Of a DNA stretch of 64,000 nucleotides, positions 1 through 12,260 are shown one piece after another. The notes beneath the pieces were generated by a model. That model worked only from the letters and a program-made list of their open reading frames with translations. It made no database searches and was not told the origin of the DNA. The DNA comes from Nemertoderma westbladi. Lineage: Eukaryota > Animalia > Xenacoelomorpha. Numbering within the stretch: the stretch's first letter is position 1; each line of letters opens with the position of its first letter. The stretch lies in NCBI GenBank assembly GCA_032718475.1, contig JAUCBJ010006873.1:32039-96038 (forward strand), in the 5' to 3' direction. The position numbers and the translations under genes were made by a program.

Positions 1-2050
1 GGTATGTTATGCTATGATACATGATCTGTAGATCTGCTATGATACATTGGTTCAAAGTATTATCTCTCTTATGTTAGAAACAACCACAAATTCACCCCCA
101 CCCCTCACTACAATAATATTAATATTAAATTTATCTTTTATCTTTTATGTAATAGTACTTATTTTTTGAACATTTGTGCTATGGTTCTACCATACAATAC
201 TATTGTACTGGTGTACCTTATTGTGTAAGTTTAATAATAATAAAAGTATATTATGTAAGAGCGTAATAAATGTGTATTTGTTTTTTTTATTTTCTAGGTA
301 GTCGTTGGCGGGTTTTGTATTATAGAAAATCTATTTTTGTATTTGATTACATTATCATAGTAAATATAAGACGGAGGTCTAATTAAAAATATTTAATATA
401 TTCTACAGATAATATCATATTATATTATTATTAATTAGTCATAAGTAAACTATCATAAATTCTATAATGGGTACAAAATTTCACAGCGGGAATATAGTAA
501 ATAAGTATTCATTCAGCAATATTCCACAGGCTCACACTGAGAGAAAGGGAATCCATTATGGTATAATGTTGTTATCCCATGCAATACAGCCCAATGGTTG
601 GTGATTCAGTATTCTGATACCTGTGTACCGTATTTATTTCTATTAATTAACTATTTGTACAGTATTTATTCCTATTAATGTAGATTGTAACAGAGTTATA
701 GGAAGGGAAGTCATGTTGTTACCAGTACCGGCAGCCCTGTACTCTATGTACAGTCTAAACATAATAATTATGATAATATAATATAAAGGATATCTTATAT
801 TTCATTTTTAATATTTTAATATGCGGATCACGATCATTTATTATTTACAGTAATATTTCCTCTAGAGTTAACAATTGTTGCTTTGTTGATAAAATCGAAT
901 TTATAGTTATTATTATTATCTATTACACCGAAGCAACCCTGAATAAAAGTGTCTGTGTAGTGCCAATCACTGTCAATGTAATCGCATAAAACACAAGATT
1001 TCAGTGGTCGACTTATGTTCCATCTCCAGTAATTGGTCTCCAGTTGCAGAGGCATGGTGGGACACAAGTTATCTTTGTAAATCTAATTTGACACTCTGGT
1101 GACGTTCATGTCGAAATATTATTTTGATATTAAATAACATAATCACTATAGAGGAAATGCTTGTAATGGGTTTATGGAAGCAGGTGTCATATGTAAGGTG
1201 TCTGCCAGTGATTGGCAGTTAGCGCTAGATTATCCATCTTGGGTACTATGGATTATATGGTTGTGTTATTATTTTTTTTCTCATGAGTGACATTTCTAGT
1301 AGAAATTATTATAGATTTCTTTCATTTGTATAATTGACTGTTTTATTATTTTTTTTCTGGAATTACAACCCAAATAATTTTTTACCTGGTTTTTATTCTA
1401 GGATAATATAAAAAAACTAAATAAATTTCTTGGATATTTCAAAGCATTGTAAAGTTCAAGTTTTCAAGTTTCAAAGCATGTATCCATTGCAGAAACACGC
1501 ACTGAATCCAATATTAATCCACTGATCATTACACTGATACACAGATTTTAATCAATATACAGAGACAGCCAAACAATATCAGAGTTGAAGAACACTGATA
1601 ATTTTCTTACAATATGAATGTCTAAAAAAATCATTATTAACCCACCTGATATGTCTATGTTCAGTCTGGAGGTTATCGATTTCTGAAAATTTCATAATGG
1701 ATTGAATTCTACCTGAATTGCGAATTTGGTATGAGAAGAGATTATAATATAAGACGTGCGCGTTTTGTTACACATCAGCGTTGGAAAACACTGACCTACA
1801 GCTGTAGGCTATATGGTACGGTACCGGTAGATTACTGACAAACTCCCAGTATTATATTTAGATTATTTGTTTACCGGTTTAAATTTAATTAATATAAAAT
1901 GCCATCACTATGATATCTCCGTTATTTCGTTGGGATAATATGCAGAGATTTATTTACCCCAACTTGATAATTTGTGGGCCCGTTGAGGCCAAAATGAAAG
2001 CCTTTATCGAAACCAATAATTAAAACAGTAGCTAAGCCGATGAAAAATTA

Positions 2051-2082
2051 TCAAATCTTTTCAGTTGTAAAATCCAATAAAT
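2051..2082 (-). CDS. Putative terminal coding exon 7 of the YLPM1/ZAP3-like gene (DLLDFTTEKI*)
   Basis: Minus-strand acceptor TTCATTGCTTTCTCCAG with a CTGAC branch-like motif ~33 nt upstream; phase 1 matches exon 6; TGA at 2051-2053. Confidence 0.45.
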
Positions 2083-2087
2083 CTGGA

Positions 2088-3097
2088 GAAAGCAATGAAA
2101 CATGAGGTAACTTGGTCAGCATGTAAAAAAGCAATGAAACCTGATGTAACTTGGTCAGAATCTAAAAAAGCAATGAAACATGATTTAACTTGGTGAATAT
2201 GTAAAAAAGCAATGAAACATGAGGTAACTTGCTCAACATGTAAAATAGTAATGAAACATGAGGTAACTTGGTCAGCATGTATAAAAGCAATGAAACATGA
2301 GGTAACATGGTCAACATGTAAAAAAGCAATGAAACTTGAGGTAACTTGGTCAGCATGTAAACAAGTAATGAAACATGAGGTAACTTGGTCAACATGTAAA
2401 AAGCAATGAAACATGAGGTAACATGGTCAACATGTAAAAAAGCAATGAAACTTGAGGTAACTTGGTCAGCATGTAAAAAAGCAATGAAATCTGAGGTAAC
2501 TTGGTCAGAATGTAAAAAAGCAATGAAACATGATTTAACTTGGTGAATATGTAAAAAAGCAATGAAACTTGAGGTAACTTGGTCAGCATGTAAACAAGTA
2601 ATGAAACATGAGGTAACTTGGTCAACATGTAAAAAGCAATGAAACATGAGGTAACATGGTCAACATGTAAAAAAGCAATGAAACTTGAGGTAACTTGGTC
2701 AGCATGTAAAAAAGCAATGAAATCTGAGGTAACTTGGTCAGAATGTAAAAAAGCAATGAAACATGATTTAACTTGGTGAATATGTAAAAAAGCAATGAAA
2801 CATGAGGTAACTTGCTCAACATGTAAAATAGTAATGAAACATGAGGTAACTTGGTCAGCATGTATAAAAGCAATGAAACATGAGGTAACATGGTCAACAT
2901 GTAAAAAAGCAATGAAACTTGAGGTAACTTGGTCAGCATGTAAACAAGTAATGAAACATGAGGTAACTTGGTCAACATGTAAAAAGCAATGAAACATGAG
3001 GTAACATGGTCAACATGTAAAAAAGCAATGAAACTTGAGGTAACTTGGTCAGCATGTAAAAAAGCAATGAAACTTGAGGTAACTTGGTCAGCATGTA
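2088..3097. repeat. 39-bp minisatellite, ~26 units, with 233/350/583-bp higher-order duplications
   Basis: Unit AAAAAAGCAATGAAACATGAGGTAACTTGGTCAGCATGT; identical ORFs at 2212 and 2795 show a 583-bp block duplication. Confidence 0.97.
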
Positions 3098-3109
3098 GAT
3101 ATCCGTTAA

Positions 3110-4639
3110 CCCTATTAGTACCGGGCTATAAAATGTTGTACAAATACCGGGAGGGGGTCATATTGACCCCCCCCCCTCTAAAATCTACAAATATTTACGA
3201 AAACGTCTGATTTTTTGTTTGTAAGTACGTATCACTTGTCTGGATCCGACCGAAAAAAAAAATTTTCGAAAAAATGTACTGGGGTGGTTATATTGCAGCA
3301 CCAAAATTACAAGTAGTGCACAATTTTCACCAAATTTGAAAGTTACATTTTCGGCTAATTATTTTTCAATACAGGTTTTCTGGGGTGTAAAATACATTGG
3401 TAAATATTAAAAAATGATATGATTACTATAAATGGCTGTTTAGTCCTCTCTGCGTAGGAAAAAAATGAAAAAAACAAGTAACCAGCACTTTTCAGTTAGA
3501 ACACAAAATTTTTAATTCACTTATACGATGCTATAAATTCACATTTTCAGGTTTTCGAGGGCGCTAATATGCTAGATCATTGCTACTTGTATTTTTCGGC
3601 GTAATTTGGCAAATTTTGGTGCTAGCACCAAATTTCGTACCCATCACCAAAAAGTACAAGTTTGCAATGTCCAGTGCAGTTTTTATTGATTCCATCGGAT
3701 TCAGGACCCTCATAAACCTGTATAACGCAAGAAACAAGGTGATACTATCTACTTATCAATTTGCATATTTTCCAAAATTTGGTGCTGGCACAACAATTTT
3801 CACCCACCGGCGAAAAATACAAGTTTGACAACTCTTATGAAATTTTTACTGATTCCATTGAATTCAGAACCATCACAAACCTGTATAACGCAAGAAACAA
3901 GGTGACACAATCAATTGATATATTTGATGGTTTTCAAAATTTGGTGCTATCACCACATTTTGCACCCACATCCGAAAAATACAAGTTTGAGATGTCTAGT
4001 TCGATAATTATATTTTCCATTGAATTCAGAACAGCCATAAACCTCTAAAACGCAAGAAATAAATTCTCACAAGCAATTTTATCTATTGAATGGATTTTCA
4101 AAATTTCGTGCTAGCACCAAAATTTGCACACAGCACCGAAAAATACAAGTTTGATACGCTTGGTGCAACTCGTATATATTTCTTCGAATCCAGAAACCCA
4201 AAAAACCCCAATTGCGTAAAAAACAAGTTTCAAACGATCAATTTACAAAATTGACTTATTTCAAAATTTGGTGCTGGCACCAAAATTTGGCACCCACCGA
4301 AAAAAACAAGTTTAAAATTTCTAAATCAATTTATATGAATTCCATCAAATTTCTAACACCAAAATACCCGTGTAAATAAAAAATAGAGATGTTACAATTC
4401 ATATTTAATGAAATGTAATTTTCAAAAAACGTCTCAAAAAAAGTGCCAAAAGTAGGGTTAAAAAATGGTGCTATAACTCGAAAAGTACCCAATATTTTTG
4501 AAAACGGTTTTCACTACTAGGAAGACAATAGATTTTTAGGAAAAGTCATAAAATTTCAGATTCCCAACTGCGTTTGTTTCAGAATTATAATAAAAAAACC
4601 ACGGGAGGGGTCATATTGACCCCCCCCCCCGGGTTTAAT
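3110..4639. mobile_element. Non-autonomous piggyBac-like element, copy 1 (right tip truncated)
   Basis: TTAA|CCCTATTA start; near-identical to 7315-8868; stops at GGGTTTAAT where the Sola-like TIR begins. Confidence 0.85.
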
Positions 4640-5189
4640 CGTGGGGCGGGTGGTAAAACGTCCTAAGTCTAAAAAAGTTGTTCTGAGAAAACACGTTTTT
4701 TGTTTACTATTTTAACAAAAATGCACATTTACACTGTTTTATTTCTCTTTCTAACTTTAAAAGGGTGTTGAATCGTTTTCTGATACCAGAAATACAGATA
4801 AACAGCCTCCTTGTAGGGCTTTTTGACAAATTTGCAACATAGGACGTTTTACCAATTTATATTTTAATGCGACATAGGACATTATATAACCAATCTTTTT
4901 TATGTTTATAACATAGGACGTTTTACCAACTTAAATATTTATGCGACATAGGACATTTTACAAACTTTTTTCCAAGAAGTTTCGCAAAGCCCCCCCCCCC
5001 CCCCCCCCCCTCCCCTCCGAATTATTAGGAGTAATATACAATTATACAAAGAAATGTTTTGTTGTTGTTTAATATTTATTGTTATTTTTCAATAGTTGTA
5101 TTGTTTATAACAAAATTATCTAAAGATAAACCAACATAAAGTTTAATCACTTTCAATTTCGTCATTTCCCGCAACTATGATATCATCAT

Positions 5190-7260
5190 TCACGAATTGA
5201 GATTCCGACAGTGTTTCGTAATATGCCCCGTTTGTTTTTTATATAAGACCTTGTTGGCAAATATCAAGTAAATCTTTTTTTTTTCTTTAGACTAATCTTA
5301 CGGGGACCAGTGAAAGCTAGAGACAGAGATGGGAGATTCTTACCTGCTGCATAAACTTCTTTACCTGTAGCTTTTCCTTTAAAATTTTGCTTTTTCCCCT
5401 TTCCTTTACTACGTAGATTGCATCTGTCTCCAACTTTAGTTTCAACTTTTGGTTTAATTTCAACAACTTTAAATGGTTCATCCTCACTAAAGCTGTATTT
5501 AAACTGAATGATGTTAGTATTTGTTTTCTGAAACCTCATCCATTTGACCTTAAGCCAGTTAACATACTGTTTTTTCTGTTTTTTACAGCTCCGTTTATTT
5601 GCCGTTCATTACCAATTTGGTCACCGAACTGTTCACCATTACATTCACCAATACGTCCACCCCTTTCTTCAACGACCTGTTCACCCTCCGTCCACCAATA
5701 CATCAACCCCTTTGTTCAACGACCTGTTTACCACACCGTCCACCAATACATCCACCCATTTGTTCAACGACCTGTTCATCACTCCGTCCACCAATAAGTC
5801 CACCCCTTTCTTCACCGACCTGTTCAAAACTCCGATCCACCAATACATCCACCCCTTTCTTCAACGACCTGTTCACCACTCCGTCCACCAATACATCCAC
5901 CCCTTTGTTCAACGTCCTGTTCCTGTTCATCACTCCATCCACCAATAAATCTACCCCTTTCTTCACCGACCTGTTCACCACTCCGTCCACCAATACATCC
6001 ACCCCTTTGTTCAACGTCCTGTTCCTGTTCATCACTCCGTCCACCAATAAGTCTACCCCTTTCTTCACCGACCTGTTCAAAACTCCGTCCACCAATACAT
6101 CCACCCCTTTGTTCAACGACCTGTTCACCACTCCGTCCACCAATACATCCACCCCTTTGTTCAACGACCTGTTGACCACTCCGTCCACCAATACATCTAC
6201 CCCTTTGTTCAACGACCTGTTCACCACTCCGTCCACCAATAAGTCTACCCCTTTCATCACCGACCTGATCAAAACTCCGTCCACCAATACATCCACCCTT
6301 TTCTTCAACGACCTGTTCACCACTCCATCCACCAATACATCCACCCCTTTGTTCAACGACCTGTTCACAACTCCGTACACCAATACATCCACCCCTTTGT
6401 TCAACGACCTGTTCACAACTCCGTCCACCATTAAGTCTACCCTTTTCTTCACCGACCTGTTCACCACTCCGTCCACCAATACATCCACCCCTTTGTTCAA
6501 CGACCTGTTCACAACTCCGTCCACCATTAAGTCTACCCTTTTCTTCACCGACCTGTTCACCACTCCATCCACCAATACATCCACCCCTTTGTTCAACGAC
6601 CTGTTGACCACTCCGTCCACCAATAAGTCTACCCCTTTCTTCACCGACCTGTTCACCACTCCGTCCACCAATACATCCACCCCTTTGTTCAACGACCTGT
6701 TCACAACTCCGTCCACCAATAAGTCTACCCCTTTCTTCACCGACCTGTTCAAAACTCCGTTCACCAATACATCCACCCCTTTCTTCAATGACCTGTTCAC
6801 CACTCCGTCCACCAATACATCCACCCCTTTCTTCAACGACCTGTTCACCACTACATTCACCTATTCGTTCACACCTTCGCTCACCATTCACCTGTCCACC
6901 ACTCCCTACACCAACCTCTACACTGATCTGTTTTTCGACTGTATCATTGACACTAATGTCACTTATTACACGACGGTTAACAATAAGAACCTTACATAGT
7001 TTCTTGAAATCGTAGATATCACTTTGTTTTAACCAAGTGATCTTATATGGATTATTTCGCCTCGCTCCCAGAATTATATTTGTCCAATCATTAGGAACTT
7101 CTACTACCTGATTAGATTTAGCATACTCTATTGCGGAGTGCATGCTGTCCCCTTCCATATAGCTATGTCCACTTTCGATTTTTATCTTTGAATTAGTTCT
7201 GTCTAGAATACTAAACATTGCGACATTTTGGTCTTTCTGGAATCACTAAATGCCATTCAG
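5190..7260 (-). pseudogene. Degraded Sola-type DDD transposase, C-terminal half, with an internal 48-bp coding repeat
   Basis: Motifs ESGHSYMEGDSMHSAIE, PNDW..I..AR...PY, DFKKL, VNWLKVKWMRF..FKY, ISLKKKK/DLLDIC; +1 near 5834, TGA near 5703, -1 near 5686. Superfamily assigned from recalled motifs. Confidence 0.7.
5620..6880. repeat. 48-bp minisatellite, ~26 units
   Basis: Unit CCGTCCACCAATACATCCACCCCTTTGTTCAACGACCTGTTCACCACT. Confidence 0.95.
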
Positions 7261-7314
7261 CAACAAATACTAACTATTAATAGTAATGGAACTCCTGTCT
7301 TGACTGACCTTTAA

Positions 7315-8868
7315 CCCTATTAGTACCGGGCTATAAAATGTTGTACAAATACCGGGAGGGGGTCATATTGACCCCCCCCTCTAAAATCTACAAATATTTA
7401 CGAAAACGTCTGATTTTTTGTTTGTACGTAGGTATCACTTGTCTGGATCCGACCGAAAAAAAAAATTTTCGAAAAAATGTACTGGGGTGGTTATATTGCA
7501 GCACCAAAATTACAAGTAGTGCACAATTTTCACCAAATTTGAAAGTTACATTTTCGGCTAATTATTTTTCAATACAGGTTTTCTGGGGTGTAAAATACAT
7601 TGGAAAATATTAAAAAATGATATGATTACTATAAATGGCTGTTTAGTCCTCTCTGCGTAGGAAAAAAATGAAAAAAACAAGTAACCAGCACTTTTCAGTT
7701 AGAACACAAAATTTTTAATTCACTTATACGATGCTATAAATTCACATTTTCAGGTTTTCGAGGGCGCTGATTCTAATGGAATACATTTCTAATATGCTAG
7801 ATCATTGCTACTTGTATTTTTCGGCGTAATTTGGCAAATTTTGGTGCTAGCACCAAATTTCGTACCCATCACCAAAAAGTACAAGTTTGCAATGTCCAGT
7901 GCAGTTTTTATTGATTCCATCGGATTCAGGACCCTCATAAACCCGTATAACGCAAGAAACAAGGTGATACTATCTACTTATCAATTTGCATATTTTCCAA
8001 AATTTGGTGCTGGCACAACAATTTTCACCCACCGGCGAAAAATACAAGTTTGACAACTCTTATGAAATTTTTACTGATTCCATTGAATTCAGAACCATCA
8101 AAAACCTGTATAACGCAAGAAACAAGGTGACACAATCAATTGATATATTTGATGGTTTTTAAAATTTGGTGCTAGCACCACATTTTGCACCCACATCCGA
8201 AAAATACAAGTTTGAGATGTCTAGTTCGATAATTATATTTTCCATTGAATTCAGAACAGCCATAAACCTCTAAAACGCAAGAAATAAATTCTCACAAGCA
8301 ATTTTATCTATTGAATGGATTTTCAAAATTTCGTGCTAGCACCAAAATTTGCACACAGCACCGAAAAATACAAGTTTGATACGCTTGGTGCAACTCGTAT
8401 ATATTTCTTCGAATCCAGAAACCCAAAAAACCCAATTGCGTAAAAAACAAGTTTCAAACGATCAATTTACAAAATTGACTTATTTCAAAATTTGGTGCTG
8501 GCACCAAAATTTGGCACCCACCGAAAAAAAACAAGTTTAAAATTTCTAAATCAATTTATATGAATTCCATCAAATTTCTAACACCAAAATACCCGTGTAA
8601 ATAAAAAATAGAGATGTTACAATTCATATTTAATGAAATGTAATTTTCAAAAAACGTCTCAAAAAAAGTGCCAAAAGTAGGGTTAAAAAATGGCGCTATA
8701 ACTCGAAAAGTACCCAATATTTTTGAAAACGGTTTTCACTACTAGGAAGACAATAGATTTTTAGGAAAAGTCATAAAATTTCAGATTCCCAACTGCGTTT
8801 GTTTCAGAATTATAATAAAAAAAACACGGGAAGGGTCATATTGACCCCCCCCCCCGGGTTTAATAGGG
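7315..8868. mobile_element. Non-autonomous piggyBac-like element, copy 2 (complete, nested in the Sola-like element)
   Basis: TTAA TSD at 7311-7314 and 8869-8872; CCCTATTA...TAATAGGG termini; GGGTCATATTGACCC palindrome near both ends; no transposase. Confidence 0.9.
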
Positions 8869-9270
8869 TTAACGTGACAAAACGTCCTATGTTTCACTTT
8901 TAATTTGTTATTTGTAATCGTTTTTTCGACTTAGGACAACTTACCACCTTAAGTATAAAGTTAGGACGTTTTACCATCCGTAGCCTTAACTTAGGACAAC
9001 TGAAAATTTGCAAATAACTCCGTTAAACTGTTATTTTATCACTAATCCTTTGGTAGAAAGGAGGAAAATTCAATTTTATACCCGATTCACTCAAAACATG
9101 AATTTTGAGAAAATTTGACTTAGGACGTTTTACCACCCGCCCCACGATATGGGAAAACTACTTACGCCAATTTCATATAAATTTAAATAAATATTGCCCA
9201 AGTAACTAAAATTAATTCCCGATATAAGAATTTTACAAAACAAAAATATTTTCTTAGAAAAAAACATAAT

Positions 9271-9334
9271 ATAGGGGATTGAACCCGGTTTCTCGAATTC
9301 CAAGTCCAACGCTCTACCGAGAGAGTAAAAGCGC
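9271..9334 (-). mobile_element. tRNA-derived SINE head or tRNA pseudogene fragment
   Basis: Minus strand TCGGTAGAGCG (A-box-like) ... GGTTCAATCC (B-box); acceptor stem does not pair. Confidence 0.5.
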
Positions 9335-9502
9335 AACAATGTATCAAATGAGCAAAAGCAAAGTGGAGATCAACAACAACAATACCAACAACAAACGGAG
9401 TGGCTACTAGAGGTCTCGTCGCTAAGTGGACCTAAAAATAGAGGTCTATTTCAGTTTGCCCTTGGACGCATTAATTGCAATTAGTAAAGCTACTAACTAG
9501 TT

Positions 9503-9652
9503 CGCCCTCTAGCGGGAAACGTTACAGTGCAGATGGAATACCGTCGCACGATGAGGACAAGATTCAGCTTAAATAGATTAAAATCACATAGATGGTAACT
9601 GGTTTACACTTTCAGACATTTTGCTCTCTAGCGGCAGACTGCAGAACTGCAG
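9503..9652 (-). promoter_or_regulatory. Two tandem CTCF-like motifs, each with an upstream CTGCA module
   Basis: Minus strand CCGCTAGAGGGCG (9503-9515) and CCGCTAGAGAGCA (9622-9634), with CTGCA starting 17 and 18 nt upstream. Confidence 0.5.
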
Positions 9653-10179
9653 ATGGATCTCTTCCTCGCAAAGACGCAGCGTGGTTTAGTAGATATGCAA
9701 ACCATATTGACCAATGTCCCGCACGTGATAGTTGAGATTTGTCGAATTTTTAAATTAAGTTTGAGAATTCGCCATATTGATGATTAGAAAGAAAGATAAT
9801 TTCTGCATGTGAAAGTGAATCCCGCCCTAAGTGCTCCAAAAATTTATTGACCGTTATTGAAAGAAGCATTCCAAAATGTAAAAATTGAGTATTAATTTAT
9901 GTCACGAATGGGAAATTTATAAATTTATTTTCGTACTTATGACCATATTCTTGAAAATTTGAAGTATTAGTTGTAAATAAATCGTTCGAATAAGTCATTT
10001 AACTATCGTCATCCTCATAAGAGATTATTGAATACCACAAGTAATTGTCGCTGGCATTGGATTGTTATATTGTGACACAGAAGCTCAGGTATTCTATTCT
10101 CACCAGATGGAGAAACTGAGTTTTTTAATTAATTGTAGTGTCAAAAGACGCGCAAGACTAAGCTCTTTCAGTTCAATCC

Positions 10180-10620
10180 GGATTGCATATAAATGCAACA
10201 AAGACCGAATTCATGACTTTGATGCGGATGGTAACTTGACAAATGACAACCATTGATAATAATCAACTAAGGAAGGTCGATGACTTCCAGTACCTTGGAT
10301 CACGGATAGAGAGAAGCAAAAAAGAAGTTAGGAAAGCAAAGGCTTGGGTAGCTCTATCAAAAATGGATACCATCTGGAAATCAGATCTCTCCAGGCACCT
10401 GAAGACTAAGTTCTTTCAAGTCACAGTGAAAAGTGTATTTTTATACGGGGGTTAGACCTGGACACTGACTAAATCACTTGAACACCGAATTGATGGTTTC
10501 TACACAAGACTACTAAGGGCAGCCCTAAACATCAGCTGGAGACAACACATGACAAACGCCGAGCTTTATGGTACACTACCACCTGTATCAACCACCCTCC
10601 GTGAACGCAGATTAAGACTT
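10180..10620 (+). mobile_element. RTE-type LINE RT C-terminal fragment, family A
   Basis: VDDFQYLGS, KAWVALSKMDTIWKS, VFLYG.*TWTLT, LLRAALNISW; same family as 48290-48935. Confidence 0.85.
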
Positions 10621-10714
10621 TGCCGTAAAAAGTTGTGTTAAATATATTTTTTCCTGATTAACAATGTGATACATAAAACTGTTGCATATGGTAAACTGAG
10701 AAACGATATTTTAT

Positions 10715-10917
10715 ATCAAACAATTCATTTGAAAATTCAAATGGACAGTTTTGGATGTCATGTATGGGACATATTGATTAGGTATTGAAAGGAATTTACA
10801 TGAAAATGATTATTTATAATAATCATTTTCATGTAAATTCCTTTCAATACCTAATCAATATGTCCCATACATGACATCCAAAACTGTCCATTTGAATTTT
10901 CAAATGAATTGTTTGAT
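10715..10917. repeat. Perfect inverted repeat: 100-bp arms, 3-nt loop
   Basis: 10715-10814 is the reverse complement of 10818-10917; loop TAT. Confidence 0.93.
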
Positions 10918-11274
10918 TATCATTATATTTATTAACAATTATTGTTAGCAACATATATTTTTATTTTAAAACAAATAAAAAAAATGCTTCAAACAACTCT
11001 TCCGTACGAGGATTAAAATCCAGCTAATCGTCCTCCCCACTCCCAAATCCCATCCCAATCCCAACTTCCTCCCACTCGCAACTACTACAGTACGGACCCA
11101 ATCTCAAAAGCCCTTCCACAAATAGATAATTTGGTAATTAATTAATTTGGTCTATTCCTATTGTCAATTAAGGGGGAGGAGCAGGTTACAGTGCTGAGTA
11201 TGTATGTTCTATAACAAAAATAATGAATTATTTTATTATGGTATGTGATGTGTATTGTGAACTGTAGTGTGTGT

Positions 11275-11568
11275 GTGGGGCGAGCCACACAAGTCCATGA
11301 GACCCTTAGCGTAGTCGAACCATTAGTGAACCGCCCGTCGTCGTTGTTGTCGAAAATGTTTGACCGCTAATTAAGTCGGTTAATCTTTGATAAAATGGCA
11401 CCAAACTTCGTACCATGTAGTCAATCAAAAGTTCAGAACTTATACACACAGACAGACATATATGGGTTCATCTGTCTACCGCTAGGGGTCGAATGACTAG
11501 ACGGTTCACTAATTGTTCCTCTACGCAAAAGCTCACCTGGACTTAAAGTGCTGCGCGAAGTCCCCACG
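11275..11568. mobile_element. Old MITE with imperfect ~60-bp TIRs
   Basis: GTGGGG..AAGTCCA..GCGTAG..ATTAGTGAACCG versus CGGTTCACTAAT..CTACGC..TGGACTT..CCCCAC. Confidence 0.55.
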
Positions 11569-11624
11569 TACGTCTATAATCTAGAAAAATAAACTAAATT
11601 TGGATACAATGAATTATAGATTAC

Positions 11625-11732
11625 CTGTTGCGACTTTGAGTATGGCCTGTAGAGTGCTCACATCCGTACTGTCCAACGTAGCAGCAGCCTGTTGAATCAG
11701 CATCAGTTGACCTTCTGTTATCCCTTCACAGT
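11625..11732 (-). CDS. Exon 6 of the YLPM1/ZAP3-like gene (DCEGITEGQLMLIQQAAATLDSTDVSTLQAILKVAT)
   Basis: TTTGGCAG acceptor, CAG|GTAATC donor, 108 bp, open in phase 1 matching exon 5. Confidence 0.65.
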
Positions 11733-12089
11733 CTGCCAAATTGACAAAACAATCACTGAACTTCATTAAATATTGCACGATTTACAAACACTTAAACATG
11801 AATTAAAAACTTACCTGATTAAGTTAATGAAGTATAAATAACTCGAACTATTTGCCTACATGACCTACCGCCAATATTAGTACGACAGATATTGCATTAC
11901 ACCTTGCATGGAGGTATATAGACAATGTTTTATATGATTCGGGTAGATAAAATCCTTGTCATAAATAATCCGACTGATGGCCAACTGGCATCATTGAGGA
12001 TTTTCCTATAACTTACTAAATACTTCAACACCGGATCTCGACTTTATATGCAAAAGCAATACGATTTTCGGTCGCACCGAAAATGGCAA

Positions 12090-12260
12090 AAATGGCAGCC
12101 TCATGGAGTGAATAAGCATGGTGGACAGCCCATGACTTTCTTGAGACGCATCTTAAAAGACACTGGCCTTGAAGATGCGGATGATCTAGCAAATGTCATG
12201 GGTGATAGGGAGTTGTGGCGGTGCAATTTTGTCGATAAGCCGGCACAGCATTCTTAAAAA
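12090..12260 (+). mobile_element. RTE-type LINE 3' end fragment, family B
   Basis: WQPHG..GGQPMT..LKDTGL..MGDRELWR; matches the reverse complement of 34060-34225. Confidence 0.75.

Larger units (their letters stand above)
4640..9146 (-). mobile_element. DNA transposon with 30-bp perfect TIRs, Sola-like
   Basis: CGTGGGGCGGGTGGTAAAACGTCCTAAGTC at 4640-4669, reverse complement at 9117-9146; subterminal TAGGACGTTTTACCA repeats; transposase remnant inside. Confidence 0.85.

Noticed and set aside
1646-1682. Alternative phase-1 exon (EIDNLQTEHRHI) on the minus strand
   Set aside because: Plausible splice signals but no supporting homology; cannot be ranked against 2051-2082 without RNA data
2061-3210. 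ORFs in the 39-bp array
   Set aside because: Repeat-derived and broken by 38-bp units
5599-6999. Mucin-like Thr/Ser/Pro ORF on the + strand
   Set aside because: Antisense reading of the 48-bp repeat inside the transposase; no ATG or signal peptide
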